A stretch of DNA of 64,000 nucleotides from a phage. This document shows, in pieces, positions 19,293 to 29,500 of this stretch. Made by a program: the position numbers and the translations under genes. Each line of letters begins with the position of its first letter. Positions within the stretch are counted from its first letter, which is position 1. The stretch is from NCBI GenBank assembly GCA_033664045.1, contig GCA_033664045.1_3674.1. One strand, given 5' to 3'. The notes beneath the pieces were generated by a model. That model was not told the DNA's origin. It searched no databases and saw nothing but the letters and a program-made list of their open reading frames with translations.

Positions 19293-21364
19293 TGGCAACA
19301 GCTGTTTTTAAACCTTACCGTGATTACTCTACAATGGCTGCACAGTTTCATTACCGAACAGTTCAGGATACTGCCGTTCCTGGTAGGGATTATAATCATG
19401 TTGAGGGCGATGTAACTATCCCAATTGGGGCAACCAGTATTGAAATCCCAGTGGAAATTGTTGACAAATTACCCAACAGGTTACCAAGAAGCTTCTTTAT
19501 GGAGTTTTCATCAAAATCTCAAGGGGTGATGATTGGGACACAAAGGGCAAAATGCACAATAGTTTCAGATGAGAATCTTGACAGGATATCTTGGGATACT
19601 GTTGAGGAGAGAATGTTTCACCCAAGATATTGGGTTACAACCACCCAGCAGACTGAAAGTACCTGTATTGTTGCAGATGACAACTGTTGTATTAACCGTT
19701 TAGTGTCAAGAACATATGGAGGTATGGCTGGGTGCATTTGGGAAACAGTTGACAAGTATGACCATTTCGGTATTGGGTTTGATGATCACTATGAGATGAG
19801 AAACACCAAGCTTTGGTTCAGAATGTCAATAACCAATGCCAGCAACTTCTCCACTCCTGAAAAGATGATTATGACTGTAGACCTTGTTGATGGCACAATC
19901 ATCTATGTTCCTTTAGCTCAATATGCTGTCAGCATCTCAGAGGATAAGAATGTTGCAGAGATTCATATTGATTTCGAGGACTGCGTCGGGATGGATCAGA
20001 ACAACAACATGATGGGTGTTGATCCTCGACAGGTGAGAAGGATTTTAATACCGCTTATGCCTAAAGATTGGGTAAGTAATAGCACAGACCCGAGAACGGA
20101 AAATGTAGAGTGCGAGTTGCGCTTAGACCTGCTTCAGCCAGACACAGGTTGGAAAATGATGCAACTTAACAATATTCAGGTTAAAGAGCACGACGTTGGG
20201 ATCTGCACCGCATATGACGATATGTGGAACGTATCTCCTTTAAGGGTGTTGAACAATATCAAGCGTCTGGGCTATACCGGAACCATAAACCATTATGTTG
20301 GTATGAGTCATTATTATGACTACACATGGTCAGGAACCCAATGGTCTATAAACAGAACAGGGGCGCTAAACGCTGCAGCTTATAAATGGCATGATGATTT
20401 TATGTACAATGCCAAACGACATAACTTCGACGTTATGCAGTCTGTAAGTTTTGAGCTTTACAGCGATGCCTGTCCGTTGGAATGGACCCAAAGAGACTGG
20501 AACGATAACTACGCTAAAACAGGGTATACACCTTGTAGCTACCTCCTGTCTCCAACCATTGAAGAGGGTATGAATTTCCTTACGGCAGTATTTAAGAATT
20601 TTGCATCAGCCGCTATGAGAAACAACCTGCCAGTGATTATGCAGATTGGTGAACCGTGGTGGTGGTTCAATACCGATACTCGTAAGCCTTGTATTTATGA
20701 TTACCCTACAAAACAGGCGTTTTATGATGAGACAGGCGAGTATGCATTAGATATTGGGACTATTGACGATCCTAAAACTGGCGGTGTTTACGACAAGTAT
20801 GTAGCATTTTGTCGTGGTAAGCTTGGCGCTCGTATTGCGGCTATTTCAAAGGCAATAAAAGCACACGCTGCATCAGCTCAGATGACAGCTTTGCTGTTTT
20901 TCCCAACCATTATGGAAACCGAGCTTACGCAAAAGCTGAACCTTGCTGACCAATATAAAAAGGAAGCAGGTGCTCTTGATTTCTTCTGCACTGAGTGCTA
21001 CGATTGGGTGATGCAGGGAGGTATTGAAAAGGCAAAAGAGTCTGTAAACATACCTATCGTTAAGTTAGGTTGGCAACCGTCTGAAATACAATACCTTGCA
21101 GGGTTCGTTCCTAGTAAAGAGCTTGCTCCGGTATATGGCTACGACCCAACCAGGAATTACCAAGAATTTTTATGGAGATGTATCTGCGGGAACATGGCAA
21201 CCATAGAGTATAGATACCCTGAGGTAAAACAGTATGTGTGGGCATACCCGCAAGTAATGTCTGACAGCATCACTGTTACCGCTAGGGATTCTACCGTGCT
21301 TCATATGGGGCAGGTTGCTCTGAAAGGGTATGTAGAAGATGTTGTCCCGCCAGACTTCTCATAA
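19292..21364 (+). CDS. tail fiber/baseplate-associated protein (690 aa)
   Basis: TAATG-coupled to the gpI-like gene; Trp-rich, no firm motif. Confidence 0.35.
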   Translation: MATAVFKPYRDYSTMAAQFHYRTVQDTAVPGRDYNHVEGDVTIPIGATSIEIPVEIVDKLPNRLPRSFFMEFSSKSQGVMIGTQRAKCTIVSDENLDRISWDTVEERMFHPRYWVTTTQQTESTCIVADDNCCINRLVSRTYGGMAGCIWETVDKYDHFGIGFDDHYEMRNTKLWFRMSITNASNFSTPEKMIMTVDLVDGTIIYVPLAQYAVSISEDKNVAEIHIDFEDCVGMDQNNNMMGVDPRQVRRILIPLMPKDWVSNSTDPRTENVECELRLDLLQPDTGWKMMQLNNIQVKEHDVGICTAYDDMWNVSPLRVLNNIKRLGYTGTINHYVGMSHYYDYTWSGTQWSINRTGALNAAAYKWHDDFMYNAKRHNFDVMQSVSFELYSDACPLEWTQRDWNDNYAKTGYTPCSYLLSPTIEEGMNFLTAVFKNFASAAMRNNLPVIMQIGEPWWWFNTDTRKPCIYDYPTKQAFYDETGEYALDIGTIDDPKTGGVYDKYVAFCRGKLGARIAAISKAIKAHAASAQMTALLFFPTIMETELTQKLNLADQYKKEAGALDFFCTECYDWVMQGGIEKAKESVNIPIVKLGWQPSEIQYLAGFVPSKELAPVYGYDPTRNYQEFLWRCICGNMATIEYRYPEVKQYVWAYPQVMSDSITVTARDSTVLHMGQVALKGYVEDVVPPDFS

Positions 21365-21376
21365 TCAGGAGATAAA

Positions 21377-22417
21377 ATGTCAAAACCTAGTTTTCCATTA
21401 GAGATTTGGGCAGAGGAGGATCAGGTTCTGCCTAACACCCACAGACAGAACAGGCTACGCCCGATTGATGATTTGTGGAGAAAAGGTTGGGATCTTGGTC
21501 AAAAGCCATCCTGTGAAGAACTTAACTATATTTTCAATATGCTCGGGACTTGGGCAAAATACATTGCTGACGAGCAGATCCCCGCTCAAGAAGGCCGCTA
21601 TCTGGTACGTGATAATAACTTGAGTGATCTTTTGAACATCCCTGTTGCCCGTAGAAACCTTGGAATTATTACTAAGGAAGAGGCAGACGCCAGGTATGTA
21701 AAAGTTACAGGTGATACAATGACAGGCCCATTGGGTTTGCAACGTATCAACTTTAAAGCTGCCGAGACAGATAAGGCTTGGATAGAGACAACTATTGGCC
21801 CAGATAAGACAACTCTCGACTTTGGGTTAAGTGATAATATTGGGGCGTTTGATGATGGTGGCACCTCTACAGTAGATGCGTTCCGTTGGAGATTTCAGCC
21901 AACTCAGCCGGACATTAACCCAGAGTTCACTTTGATGTATCTGAACGCAATCACGGCTAATCGTGCGTTGTTGAAAGTGGTGGGCAATGTTGAAGTTGTT
22001 GATAACATGCGATGTAATAACCTCACCATTAGCAGCACAGCAACATTCACCAACTGCAATGTAGCTAGTCAGTTGACGGCTGGGTCAGTATATGTCAATG
22101 GCGGTGCAAGTTGTGACAGTATGGTTGTAAGAAGCCAGCATTGTGTTGTCGGTAACAGAAATGTGGTGCGCTCTGTGAATGGAGTGACGGCTAACGGCAA
22201 CGGAGATGTAACGATCACCATCCCGCAGACAGGTGTACAGGATATCAGAATCGGCGCAAGACTTGTTGATGGTGTTTCTGAATCTCCAGTTCGCAACGGC
22301 TACGTTGTCACAGGTTGGCATTTTGGTGATAAAAAAGAGATGCGTGGTTCAACCTACTGGGCAGGGCCTTTACAGAAACTTGTAAATGGTCAATGGATCA
22401 CTGTTAATTATGCGTAG
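21377..22417 (+). CDS. tail fiber protein, paralog A
   Basis: N-terminus (KPSFPLEIWAEED) and C-terminus (LVNGQWITVNYA) are paralogous to the 23432-24475 protein. Confidence 0.55.
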   Translation: MSKPSFPLEIWAEEDQVLPNTHRQNRLRPIDDLWRKGWDLGQKPSCEELNYIFNMLGTWAKYIADEQIPAQEGRYLVRDNNLSDLLNIPVARRNLGIITKEEADARYVKVTGDTMTGPLGLQRINFKAAETDKAWIETTIGPDKTTLDFGLSDNIGAFDDGGTSTVDAFRWRFQPTQPDINPEFTLMYLNAITANRALLKVVGNVEVVDNMRCNNLTISSTATFTNCNVASQLTAGSVYVNGGASCDSMVVRSQHCVVGNRNVVRSVNGVTANGNGDVTITIPQTGVQDIRIGARLVDGVSESPVRNGYVVTGWHFGDKKEMRGSTYWAGPLQKLVNGQWITVNYA

Positions 22418-22431
22418 ATCGGAGGACTAGT

Positions 22432-23016
22432 ATGAAAATACTTCAAGAGTTTAAGCTTTACCAACCGGGATCTGGCGAATACCACGCCAACAAGGAAACC
22501 AAGGAGCTGACCCCTCAAGAGGTTGAGGATTACACTGCATACACCGGGTATTTTTTACGTAATGATGATGGCGATTGGTATGTGCAGTCACGAACATTAC
22601 GACAAGAAAATCCGGGTTGTATCTTCCTCCTTGTTGACGAGAAGGGTATTCTTAAGACATCTACAGAAGAACCTGATGCCTTGTGGCCTGCTCCGGGTCT
22701 TCGTGTGGTTATCGCCAAAAAAGAAGAGGTACCAGAAAACATTATGCTCCACCACGACGCTTTGCGTTTAGTTGGTGATGAATTTGTCACAGACAATGAA
22801 TTCTTTGTTCAACAGGCAGAGGGTGTCATAGAGACAGAACTTGCTTGGGCTACTGCTAGAATTGGTGCCTATCAAGACATGATTGACCTTGAATACGATC
22901 TTACTGATGACCAAAAACGCAACATCAGAGATTTGAAAATGTACAGGGTAAAACTTCTTGAAATAGATACATCTAAAGCCCCTGACATTTTCTTCCCGGA
23001 ACGACCTACCCTCTAA
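22432..23016 (+). CDS. tail fiber assembly chaperone (Tfa-like)
   Basis: C-terminal motif DDQKRNIRDLKMYRVKLLEIDTSKAPDIFFPERP matches the Caudovirales tail-fiber-assembly pattern; sits after a fiber gene. Confidence 0.65.
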   Translation: MKILQEFKLYQPGSGEYHANKETKELTPQEVEDYTAYTGYFLRNDDGDWYVQSRTLRQENPGCIFLLVDEKGILKTSTEEPDALWPAPGLRVVIAKKEEVPENIMLHHDALRLVGDEFVTDNEFFVQQAEGVIETELAWATARIGAYQDMIDLEYDLTDDQKRNIRDLKMYRVKLLEIDTSKAPDIFFPERPTL

Positions 23017-23027
23017 GAGGAGGTGTT

Positions 23028-23342
23028 GTGGAGTTGGATTTGGCGGCATTGTACGGTATCTGCATGGGTACCGTTGTCCCGATCTGTGTATGGGCTTTCA
23101 ACCAGTGGCACACCAAATGGAAAGGCATTTCCAAGAGGTTGGATGAACTGGAGAAAGACCTCATCTTAGTGAAAAACAGTATGGTTACAAAAGATAAACT
23201 TGATTCCGTTATCGAGACCCGGTTAAGCAAGCTAGAGGCCGATATTAACGACCTTAAGCAGGATGTCAGGACAGATGTCTCCGGTATCCGAGCTGATGTA
23301 CAAAAGATTTTGCACATGCTTGTAGAGCATAGTAAAAGGTAA
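23028..23342 (+). CDS. membrane-anchored coiled-coil protein (function unknown)
   Basis: GTG start after GAGGAGG; N-terminal hydrophobic helix LYGICMGTVVPICVWAF, then a heptad-rich region. Confidence 0.4.
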   Translation: MELDLAALYGICMGTVVPICVWAFNQWHTKWKGISKRLDELEKDLILVKNSMVTKDKLDSVIETRLSKLEADINDLKQDVRTDVSGIRADVQKILHMLVEHSKR

Positions 23343-23352
23343 ACAAAGGTCA

Positions 23353-23382
23353 GAACGGAAAGGACTCCGTTCTTGCATTTTG
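23353..23382 (+). terminator. hairpin terminator overlapping the next promoter
   Basis: gaacggAAAGGACTccgttc followed by a T-rich run. Confidence 0.5.
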
Positions 23383-23401
23383 TTCTCTAAAGTGTTAAAA
23401 T
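23373..23401 (+). promoter_or_regulatory. promoter TTGCAT-N17-TAAAAT with extended -10 TG
   Basis: Hexamers at 23373-23378 and 23396-23401, about 30 nt upstream of the 23432 ATG. Confidence 0.45.
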
Positions 23402-23431
23402 AGTCCTAAGGAATTTTCTCAGGAGAACGCG

Positions 23432-24475
23432 ATGACTAAACCAGTTATCCCTCTTGATATTTGGGCCAATCAGGATGTTGTGCTTGAAAATACGGGAGAA
23501 TTGAATAAGTCCCAACCAAAAAAAGAAGAGAGATTGAAAGGTTGGGATATGACACAAAGAGTGGCATGTGAAGTTGTTAACTTTGAACTTCACATGCTTT
23601 CTGCGTGGTTAAAGCATTTAACAGAAGATGTTGTCCCAGGATGGGATAATAGATTCTTAAGGGTCACTAATAATCTGGCAGACGTTCCAGACAAAGCTGC
23701 TGCACGTCAAGTTCTCAATGTATACTCGCCTGAAGAAATGGATGACCTTTATGTTGACAAGGCTGGAGACACAATGATCCAGACTCAAACTTTAGGTCTT
23801 CAAAGAATCGAGTTTGCATCCGCGTCAACAGACAATGCGGCGATATACACCACCATAACTCCAGACAAGACGACAATGGATTTCTGGATTATGGACAACA
23901 TCGGTGGTGCTGACGGCACAGATCTTGATGATCCTTCTCACCAAATAGACGGGTTCCGTTGGAGATTTCAACCTTCTGGTGGGCAGCCTGTGTTTTCGGC
24001 TATGAAGCTCAATGCTATAACTGCCAACCGTGCAAGACTGGCTATCCAAGGGAATCTTGAATGCAACGATGCAAAAAGTTCCTCTGCAAATGCCAATTCG
24101 GTCACGATACCAAGAGCCGCTGTTAACGGACAACAATCCTGCGGAAGCGCTCAAATAGGTGGAAGAGTAGATTGTAACGATAAAACCGCCAGAGGTCAAT
24201 ATGCAACAGTTGGTGGAAGAAACGTGGTCCGCAGGGTAAATGGTAGTAGCGCAGACAGTAGTGGTAACCTTACTATTCCTATGCCTAGTAGGGGTGTTGA
24301 AGATGTAAGGATAGCAAACCGTTTCAGAACCACCTACAGAGAATCAAGAGTATACCCTGGGCATGTAATGTGCTCCGGCAATTACGCCTATAAACACCCG
24401 TATCAGGGCGACTATTGGACTGGAGCTATTCAAAAATTTGTAAACGGTCAATGGATCACCATATCTTATGCTTAA
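23432..24475 (+). CDS. tail fiber protein, paralog B
   Basis: Termini conserved with 21377-22417 (KPVIPLDIWANQD ... FVNGQWITISYA); divergent middle. Confidence 0.55.
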   Translation: MTKPVIPLDIWANQDVVLENTGELNKSQPKKEERLKGWDMTQRVACEVVNFELHMLSAWLKHLTEDVVPGWDNRFLRVTNNLADVPDKAAARQVLNVYSPEEMDDLYVDKAGDTMIQTQTLGLQRIEFASASTDNAAIYTTITPDKTTMDFWIMDNIGGADGTDLDDPSHQIDGFRWRFQPSGGQPVFSAMKLNAITANRARLAIQGNLECNDAKSSSANANSVTIPRAAVNGQQSCGSAQIGGRVDCNDKTARGQYATVGGRNVVRRVNGSSADSSGNLTIPMPSRGVEDVRIANRFRTTYRESRVYPGHVMCSGNYAYKHPYQGDYWTGAIQKFVNGQWITISYA

Positions 24476-24484
24476 AGAGGGTAA

Positions 24485-24751
24485 ATGAAATTAACTCAGT
24501 TTTTATGGGGACTGGTTGCAGCATCTGATGACCCTACAAAAGTGTCCCAATCTAAGCTATGGTCAAACATAGGCATGGCAGTGATGACTGGGGTTTTTAT
24601 TCATATGGGGTACAATGATACGCTTCCTGAATGGTATGCGTGGATATACGCACCTTCAGTAGCCTGCCCCCAGCTTATTAGCAAATTCATCTCGCTCCGG
24701 TGGGGTTGCCAGCACCCTGACCACGTTAAAAACGAAGAGCAAAAAGCTTAA
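24485..24751 (+). CDS. small membrane protein (function unknown)
   Basis: 88 aa, RBS AGAGGG, one hydrophobic helix IGMAVMTGVFIHMGY; sits between fiber genes. Confidence 0.35.
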   Translation: MKLTQFLWGLVAASDDPTKVSQSKLWSNIGMAVMTGVFIHMGYNDTLPEWYAWIYAPSVACPQLISKFISLRWGCQHPDHVKNEEQKA

Positions 24752-24760
24752 GGAGAAATC

Positions 24761-26506
24761 ATGGCGCAAGACATGACAAGCTTCGAGCAGGCGGTAGATC
24801 AAGTAATTGTTGATTCTGAACGTTTGCACTTGATTGTCAACGGTAACGCTGTGGATGAAGTTGTCGTAGAGGATGGGACCACCATCCCTACGGTACGAAA
24901 AGCCATGCTTGACACCCTTTATTTTAAAACGCCACCAATCCCTTGGGCGTATGGTGCATCCACAACAGTTTTTAACCAGTTGTATGAGTTTAAAGGGGAT
25001 ACAGGCCCTCAGTGGTGGTACGCCCCAGCAGCATCAAAATCTAACCCGGTTAGGATGCCAGCAGATCCTTCACAATCTCCGAACTGGAGATTATATACCG
25101 ATTCTGCAGTAATGGCAAAATACTACGCAAAACTTAACAGCCCAAGATTCGAAGGTGACCCGCGAGTACCTACACCTCCAATGGACGATAAGTCCGAGTC
25201 TATAGCAAACACAGAGTTTGTTGTGGACTATGTGGATAGCATATTTAAAGCCATGGAGGGGATGAAAGTTACTGTAGGGTCTTTGGTGGTAAAAGGTCTT
25301 ACAGAACTTGCTAACACCATAGTTGGTGGCACCCTTACCTTACACGGGCCTGTTAATGGAGCGGATTCTACTGCACGCTTCAGGAACCTAATCCTTACTG
25401 CAAATACTTCTACACTGACTTTTGCGTGGAGCGATCCTAAGCATGCAGACTGGAGAAGCACAGAGCTGCAACCTCATGAAGTAGCCACCCACAGAGTTAT
25501 AGCTGACACTATAACTTCTGGGAAACCAGTGGCTAATAACAACGATGTGCATTTTGATGGTCTAGGTAATAACTTTTTTGACTACGTGTACATTCGTGGT
25601 AATGCCATGAAGGCAGCAACCGAACCGACATTGCAGGTTGATGGGACCACCAGGGTTAAGAACCTTGAGGTGACAGGTACCGTTACAGGGATAACCTACT
25701 CTGTAGATGGCACCATGATCTACCCTAGCTATATTGAAAGCACGGGAGATGCACTGATCAATGGAGATTTAGAGGTTGGCGGATCTATAGTCATTCGTGG
25801 CACAGCATCCGTCCAGAACATATCTTTAAATACTCTGCGGGTGAATGAGCGTGCCACTTTTGAAGGAGAAGGGCTTACAGCCAACAAAGGTGCAATTACC
25901 GAGCTGACAACCACTACTCTAACTGCAACAACTGCAAACTCTGAAAACTGCAACGTTACCCGAAACTTGCAGGTAAATGGAGATGTTAGTTTAAACGCAG
26001 CAGGGACGGGCACCACCTACCTTCACAACCTTGAAATATCCGGCACAGTGACTGGGTGGCTGCCAGACTTCTCTAATGTCAACTTTGTTTGTAATGGCAT
26101 TAACTCCAGCGGTAAGATAACCACCTCTCAAGAAATTGAGGCGGGTAAAACCATTACTGCCCCTACTTTCCACGCAGGAAAGGTAGATTTTGATTTAGAG
26201 GAGGTTGACGCGTCCAGTGGGACATGGACACCTAACGGGCAGGCCAGTATGTATGTTGTCCACGCTAAAGGGGATTTTACAATAGGTCAGTGGCCTGGGA
26301 CATCAGCGGAAGATAAACCTTATCCATTCACTGCAGTTATCTATGTCATTCAGGATGCTGTAGGTCACAACGTGACTTTGCACGATAAGTATGCTATCCT
26401 GTCGGCAACACCTGTTATTAACAACAAGGCTAACAGTGTTACCTTGCTGCAATTAACGTATTGTGGTGTTGGTGATATCGTAGACGTAGTAATTGCACAA
26501 CGTTAA
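24761..26506 (+). CDS. tail fiber protein (581 aa)
   Basis: RBS AAGGAGA; Gly/Thr/Asn-rich fibrous composition in the fiber cluster. Confidence 0.45.
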   Translation: MAQDMTSFEQAVDQVIVDSERLHLIVNGNAVDEVVVEDGTTIPTVRKAMLDTLYFKTPPIPWAYGASTTVFNQLYEFKGDTGPQWWYAPAASKSNPVRMPADPSQSPNWRLYTDSAVMAKYYAKLNSPRFEGDPRVPTPPMDDKSESIANTEFVVDYVDSIFKAMEGMKVTVGSLVVKGLTELANTIVGGTLTLHGPVNGADSTARFRNLILTANTSTLTFAWSDPKHADWRSTELQPHEVATHRVIADTITSGKPVANNNDVHFDGLGNNFFDYVYIRGNAMKAATEPTLQVDGTTRVKNLEVTGTVTGITYSVDGTMIYPSYIESTGDALINGDLEVGGSIVIRGTASVQNISLNTLRVNERATFEGEGLTANKGAITELTTTTLTATTANSENCNVTRNLQVNGDVSLNAAGTGTTYLHNLEISGTVTGWLPDFSNVNFVCNGINSSGKITTSQEIEAGKTITAPTFHAGKVDFDLEEVDASSGTWTPNGQASMYVVHAKGDFTIGQWPGTSAEDKPYPFTAVIYVIQDAVGHNVTLHDKYAILSATPVINNKANSVTLLQLTYCGVGDIVDVVIAQR

Positions 26507-26515
26507 TATATCTAA

Positions 26516-26541
26516 CCGCTCCTGACGGGGCGGTTTTCTTA
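26516..26541 (+). terminator. rho-independent terminator
   Basis: ccgctccTGACggggcgg followed by ttttctt. Confidence 0.6.
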
Positions 26542-26554
26542 TCTGGAGAACACA

Positions 26555-29500
26555 ATGCTTCCAATCCCTTTGCTAAAACTTGGTCGTCATTTCCTCGATA
26601 AGAGGGGTGGAATTAAGGAACTTGCTGTTCTGTCATACCCAATAGACAACAGTGATGGCACAAGCACTACAGTACCCTATGTAAATAGCTTAGCTATACT
26701 TTTTGATGATGGTCAACTTAATATCACGGGCTATAACAGGTTCGGAGAGTGCCGCACTGGGGATCTTGACACGATAAACTACCCCAACGAGGCTGCCTGG
26801 AACGTTGATCATGTGTGGAGAGCAGACCGCGCGTTTGTGATCCGAACTTTTGATAACCAGTTTTTCTACATCGGCTGCACTGCAGGGCTTATCGGGTCTG
26901 ATGCTGCAGGCGGTAATGATGTTTGTGTAAGAGAGTGGACACCTCTCCCTGAACAGATTGTTAAAGGGTTGCACCTTGACACACACCCAGAGCGCCTTGT
27001 TGAGGTGATGGGTGGTATTAACAACACTATTTGGGTTATTGCAGAGGCAGAAGGCACTGGCATACTGAATCTGTATGGATCTGGTAACAACACCTACGGA
27101 TCTTTGCATGTAGATAAAAACCAGCATGCAACTCCTGTAAAGATTGGTGAAACATCGGAAAATCCTGAAACAGGTCCTTGGAAAAACCCAAGCATCAACT
27201 GCGAGGTGCATGACAACTCTGTTATTTTCGGCGGTCCTAGAGGTTTCTGGATTGCTGGATACGACTTTCTGAGAAACAACAGTAGAAACGACCTTGTTTG
27301 GCCTCCTGTGCAGATTACTCGTAACGATTTGAGAGGCATTCCTGCAGATGAGGAGTGGAAAGGGTTTATGTGTGGTCCTAACGGGGCAATAATTGCCACA
27401 CAGAGGATGCACAAACCCAATGACCAGCAGCTTGTTAACGTATTCTACGGGCAAGACGTCTGGGGAGATGACACATGGCGTTCCTTAAATATCACCTACA
27501 CTCATGAGGTGATAATGGCTCGTGGATACGGCACAAGTGGCATTTTCTTCAATAATGGCACTAAGCAGTATCGTGGATTCTCTCGCAACTTGTGTAATGA
27601 TATTGGTGCACAATCTGCAAACAATAGCCCTAGGGCTAATTTTATTCACTATCAGGCTCTGGCTACGGCTAAATACGTCGAGCAACGTCTGCCAGTTAGC
27701 TGGACAGAGAGTGTTTATTTCCAAGGCATCCACAGAGAAGGTTTCTTAGGGACCTTTACTGTTGTTAATGGCAAACTTTGGTGGTCAGGCATCCCAAGGG
27801 GGAGTTTTGCAGGCTCTAACAACCTGTTTGGCGGCAGACTTAATAGTCAGGGGTTCACAGAGGTTCCTGAGAATTGGTATAAAAATGTCCCGGTAGACAG
27901 TTGGGGTGTTGATGATATTTTCGACGTTAACGGTGTTAGCAGCGTTAGCAATATTTACATTGGTGACACGGTCAAGATGAAATTGAAGCCTCAGCCAGAG
28001 GGAGCTACGTTCATTATTGACAAGATTGAACTGGTAAATGCTGCAGGTACGGTTGTTACAGATGCAAATTACCAATTCTCCACCAACTGGAACCACGGCG
28101 GGGCCAACGAGGTTGTTGTTACCCAGTATAACAGAAATGTTAACAGACGTGGCCTGTACTCTGTAAAAATAACCTATCATGACAAGCATGGCACAGGCAG
28201 AACCCATACGACAAGAACTTTGAACTGGAACACCATAGTTCCTGCGTATCCGTCCAACGGCAAGTGGCATACTGTCGGTAGAAACAAACAGTTCCATGTC
28301 AACGATACTGTATACTTCGGGCTTAACGCAGCTCAACCTGTTGTAGAAGGCGATACATCGTATATGGTACGACTCCATAGAATGGATGCCGGGTCTGTAA
28401 CCTACGATGTGACTCAAGAGATCTACGATCAGAGACGTACTACGTATGACAATGTTGTGAAAACACAAGCCTTGTGGGAGTTCAACCCTAACGGCAGAGG
28501 CGGTAAAATGTTGCAGGTCAACGAGCAAAACGGAACATCGTTGACTGTCCATGAGCATCCAGATCCTTGGCCTGATCCTGGAAAACCTAACTCTGGTGCT
28601 CGTACACTGAAAATTGTCAGCCATGATGCAGGATATTTCGGAATACGCTGGGAAGCTACAGTAAGATATGCCGACGGGACAACAAACAACATAGGGATTA
28701 CACTTGGCGGCACTAGTGAAGATAACTCACTGAAAATTGCCTACACCCCTAGAGGCATCTCTATTGACAATATGGATGTTGTTCGCAACGGTTACGGCGA
28801 TGTGAATGTCAAAGTTACTCTTGGCGAACATCTTGGTGGGGAAAGGATCATCATGTATGCCTTTGATCATGACCCTCGCACCAACGGAACCTATGCAGAC
28901 CAGGCGTGGAGTTACCTGATAAGCGCACCTGAGCCAAATACTAAAGAATTCTACTACGGTATGAAGCGAGATGTGTGCAAGAAAACAGGGACACATGACT
29001 GGATTGCGATCTGTGTTAAAGATGAACGCACCGCTTGGAACGAGCCTGTTAACAGATGGTTCATAGGTATTCCCACCCGAAGTGATAAATACGTTGAAGA
29101 ATATATTGTGTGCATGGGCGGCACCAACCTTAATATGTGTTGGAACGAGGATGCAAACAACAAATACTCTGATTATGACTATATGCGGGACTATTCTTGC
29201 AATCAGTGGTTTAACCAACCTGGATATGCTGATCGACAGGCAAGAGTGAATCCTGCAATCTTCACAGATACTCAGGTTTTCTTGACAAAACAGGCTAACG
29301 AGGTTCAGACCTTCAAGAACAAATATGACCCTAACAAGTGGTTTTATAACTGTTATGGCGCATTTTTCTGGGGCCCAGGGGAACTACCTGGTGGTGGGTC
29401 TTGCTTCGAGGCTGCAACTTACGCCAGTGACAGATTCATGGGGCAGGTCAAGAAGTACAAGATAATTCCAGGGCCTGAAACTTTGGGTAATGCTGTTGAT

